Positions 20,201 to 21,483 of a stretch of 21,483 nucleotides of DNA are shown here, piece after piece (within the stretch, counting starts at the first letter, position 1; each line of letters begins with the position of its first letter). The stretch is from Spongospora subterranea f. sp. subterranea (taxonomy: Eukaryota): assembly GCA_049724395.1 (NCBI GenBank), contig JAUGWO010000024.1, forward strand, positions 186,001 to 207,483. The letters run 5' to 3'. Under the pieces are notes generated by a model. That model had not been told where the DNA came from. It saw only the letters and a program-made list of their open reading frames with translations, and made no database searches. The position numbers and the translations under genes are program-made.

Positions 20201-21483
20201 TACCAGATCCAATGATTGTTTATGTTGCATGGGCCATGCATTACATTCCCTTTTAGCACTACCAGATCCAATGATTGTTTATGTTGCATGGGCCATGCAT
20301 TACATTCCCTTTTAGCACTACCAGATCCAATGATTGTTTATGTTGCATGGGCCATGCATTACACTTTTAGCATTACCAGATCCAATGATTGTTTATTTTA
20401 TGGGCCATGCATTACATTCCCTTTTAGCATTACCAGATCCAATGATTGTTTATGTTGCATGGGCCATGCATTACATTCCCTTTTAGCACTACCAAATCCA
20501 ATGATTGTTTATGTTGCATGGGCCATGCATTACATTCCCTTTTAGCACTACCAGATCCAATGATTGTTTATGTTGCATGGGCCATGCATTACATTCCCTT
20601 TTAGCACTACCAATCCAATGATTGTTTATGTTGCATGGGCCATGCATTACATTCCCTTTTAGCACTACCAGATCCAATGATTGTTTATGTTGCATGGGCC
20701 ATGCATTACATTCCCTTTTCCCTTTTTATCCAATGATTGTTTATGTTGCATCCCTTTTAGCACTACCAGATCCAATGATTGTTTATGTTGCATGGGCCAT
20801 GCATTACATTCCCTTTTAGCACTATTACATTCCCTTTTAGCACTACCAGATCCAATGATTGTTTATTTTGCATGGGCCATGCATTACATTCCCTTTTAGC
20901 ACTCAATGATTGTTTATGTTGCATGGGCCATGCATTACATTCCCTTTTAGCACTACCAGATCCAATGATTGTTTATTTGCATGGGCCATGCATTATTCCC
21001 TTTTAGCACTACCAAATCCAATGATTGTTTATGTTGCATGGGCCATGCATTACATTCCCTTTTAGCACTACCAGATCCAATGATTGTTTATGTTGCATGG
21101 GCCATGCATTACATTCCCTTTTAGCACTACCAGATCCAATGATTGTTTATGTTGCATGGGCCATGCATTACATTCCCTTTTAGCACTACCAGATCCAATG
21201 ATTGTTTATGTTGCATGGGCCATGCATTACATTCCCTTTTAGCATGCATTACCAGCATTACCAAATCCAATGATTGTTTATGTTGAATGGGCCATGCATT
21301 ACATTCCCTTTTAGCATTACCAAATCCAATGATTGTTTATGTTGCATGGGCCATGCATTACATTCCCTTTTAGCACTACCAGATCCAATGATTGTTTATG
21401 TTGCATGGGCCATGCATTACATTCCCTTTTAGCACTACCAGATCCAATGATTGTTTATGTTGCATGGGCCATGCATTACATTC
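17292..21483. repeat. 59-bp tandem satellite, ~70 copies, running off the window end
   Basis: Consensus CATGGGCCATGCATTACATTCCCTTTTAGCACTACCAGATCCAATGATTGTTTATGTTG. The register shifts by 1 nt per 60-nt line. Most units are identical, with scattered SNP variants and indel-scarred units. Confidence 0.98.

Noticed and set aside
17239..21006. Many repetitive ORFs (MFMLHGPCITFPF..., MQHKQSLDLVVLKG...)
   Set aside because: These are translation artefacts of a 59-bp unit that is not a multiple of 3; the frames cycle and hit stops.
17292..21483. CRISPR array or telomeric repeat
   Set aside because: The units are head-to-tail with no unique spacers, the context is eukaryotic with no cas genes, and TTTTAG/CCC occurs only once per 59-mer rather than as a short telomeric repeat.

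Overview
Gene-dense eukaryotic DNA with many very short (about 47-60 nt) GT-AG introns, so the ORF track fragments most real genes. The presence of a Tectonic gene implies a flagellated or zoosporic organism. The compact, intron-rich architecture is reminiscent of plasmodiophorid-type protists, but that is only an inference. Left to right: a hidden 4-exon MEF2-type MADS-box gene (99-680,+); a 10-exon Tectonic gene (747-2959,-); a second MADS-box gene (3551-4156,+); a spliced hypothetical gene (~4974-5916,+); Ty1/Copia integrase relics arranged as an inverted pair (6043-7590); a multi-exon PARP6/8-like mono-ADP-ribosyltransferase with two apparent UBA-like repeats (~8053-11168,+); mitochondrial ribosomal protein bL27m (11887-12396,+); a degenerate TE-rich zone containing a coiled-coil/possible gag ORF, a 27-bp hairpin and a second inverted pair (possibly Copia gag, 16582-17224); and finally a 59-bp satellite array from ~17292 to the window end. 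The most unusual signals are two separate long fold-back arrangements of retroelement-like fragments, a MADS paralog pair with no shared intron positions, the UBA-UBA-ZnF-ART architecture, and a dyad-symmetric satellite abutting the second fold-back.
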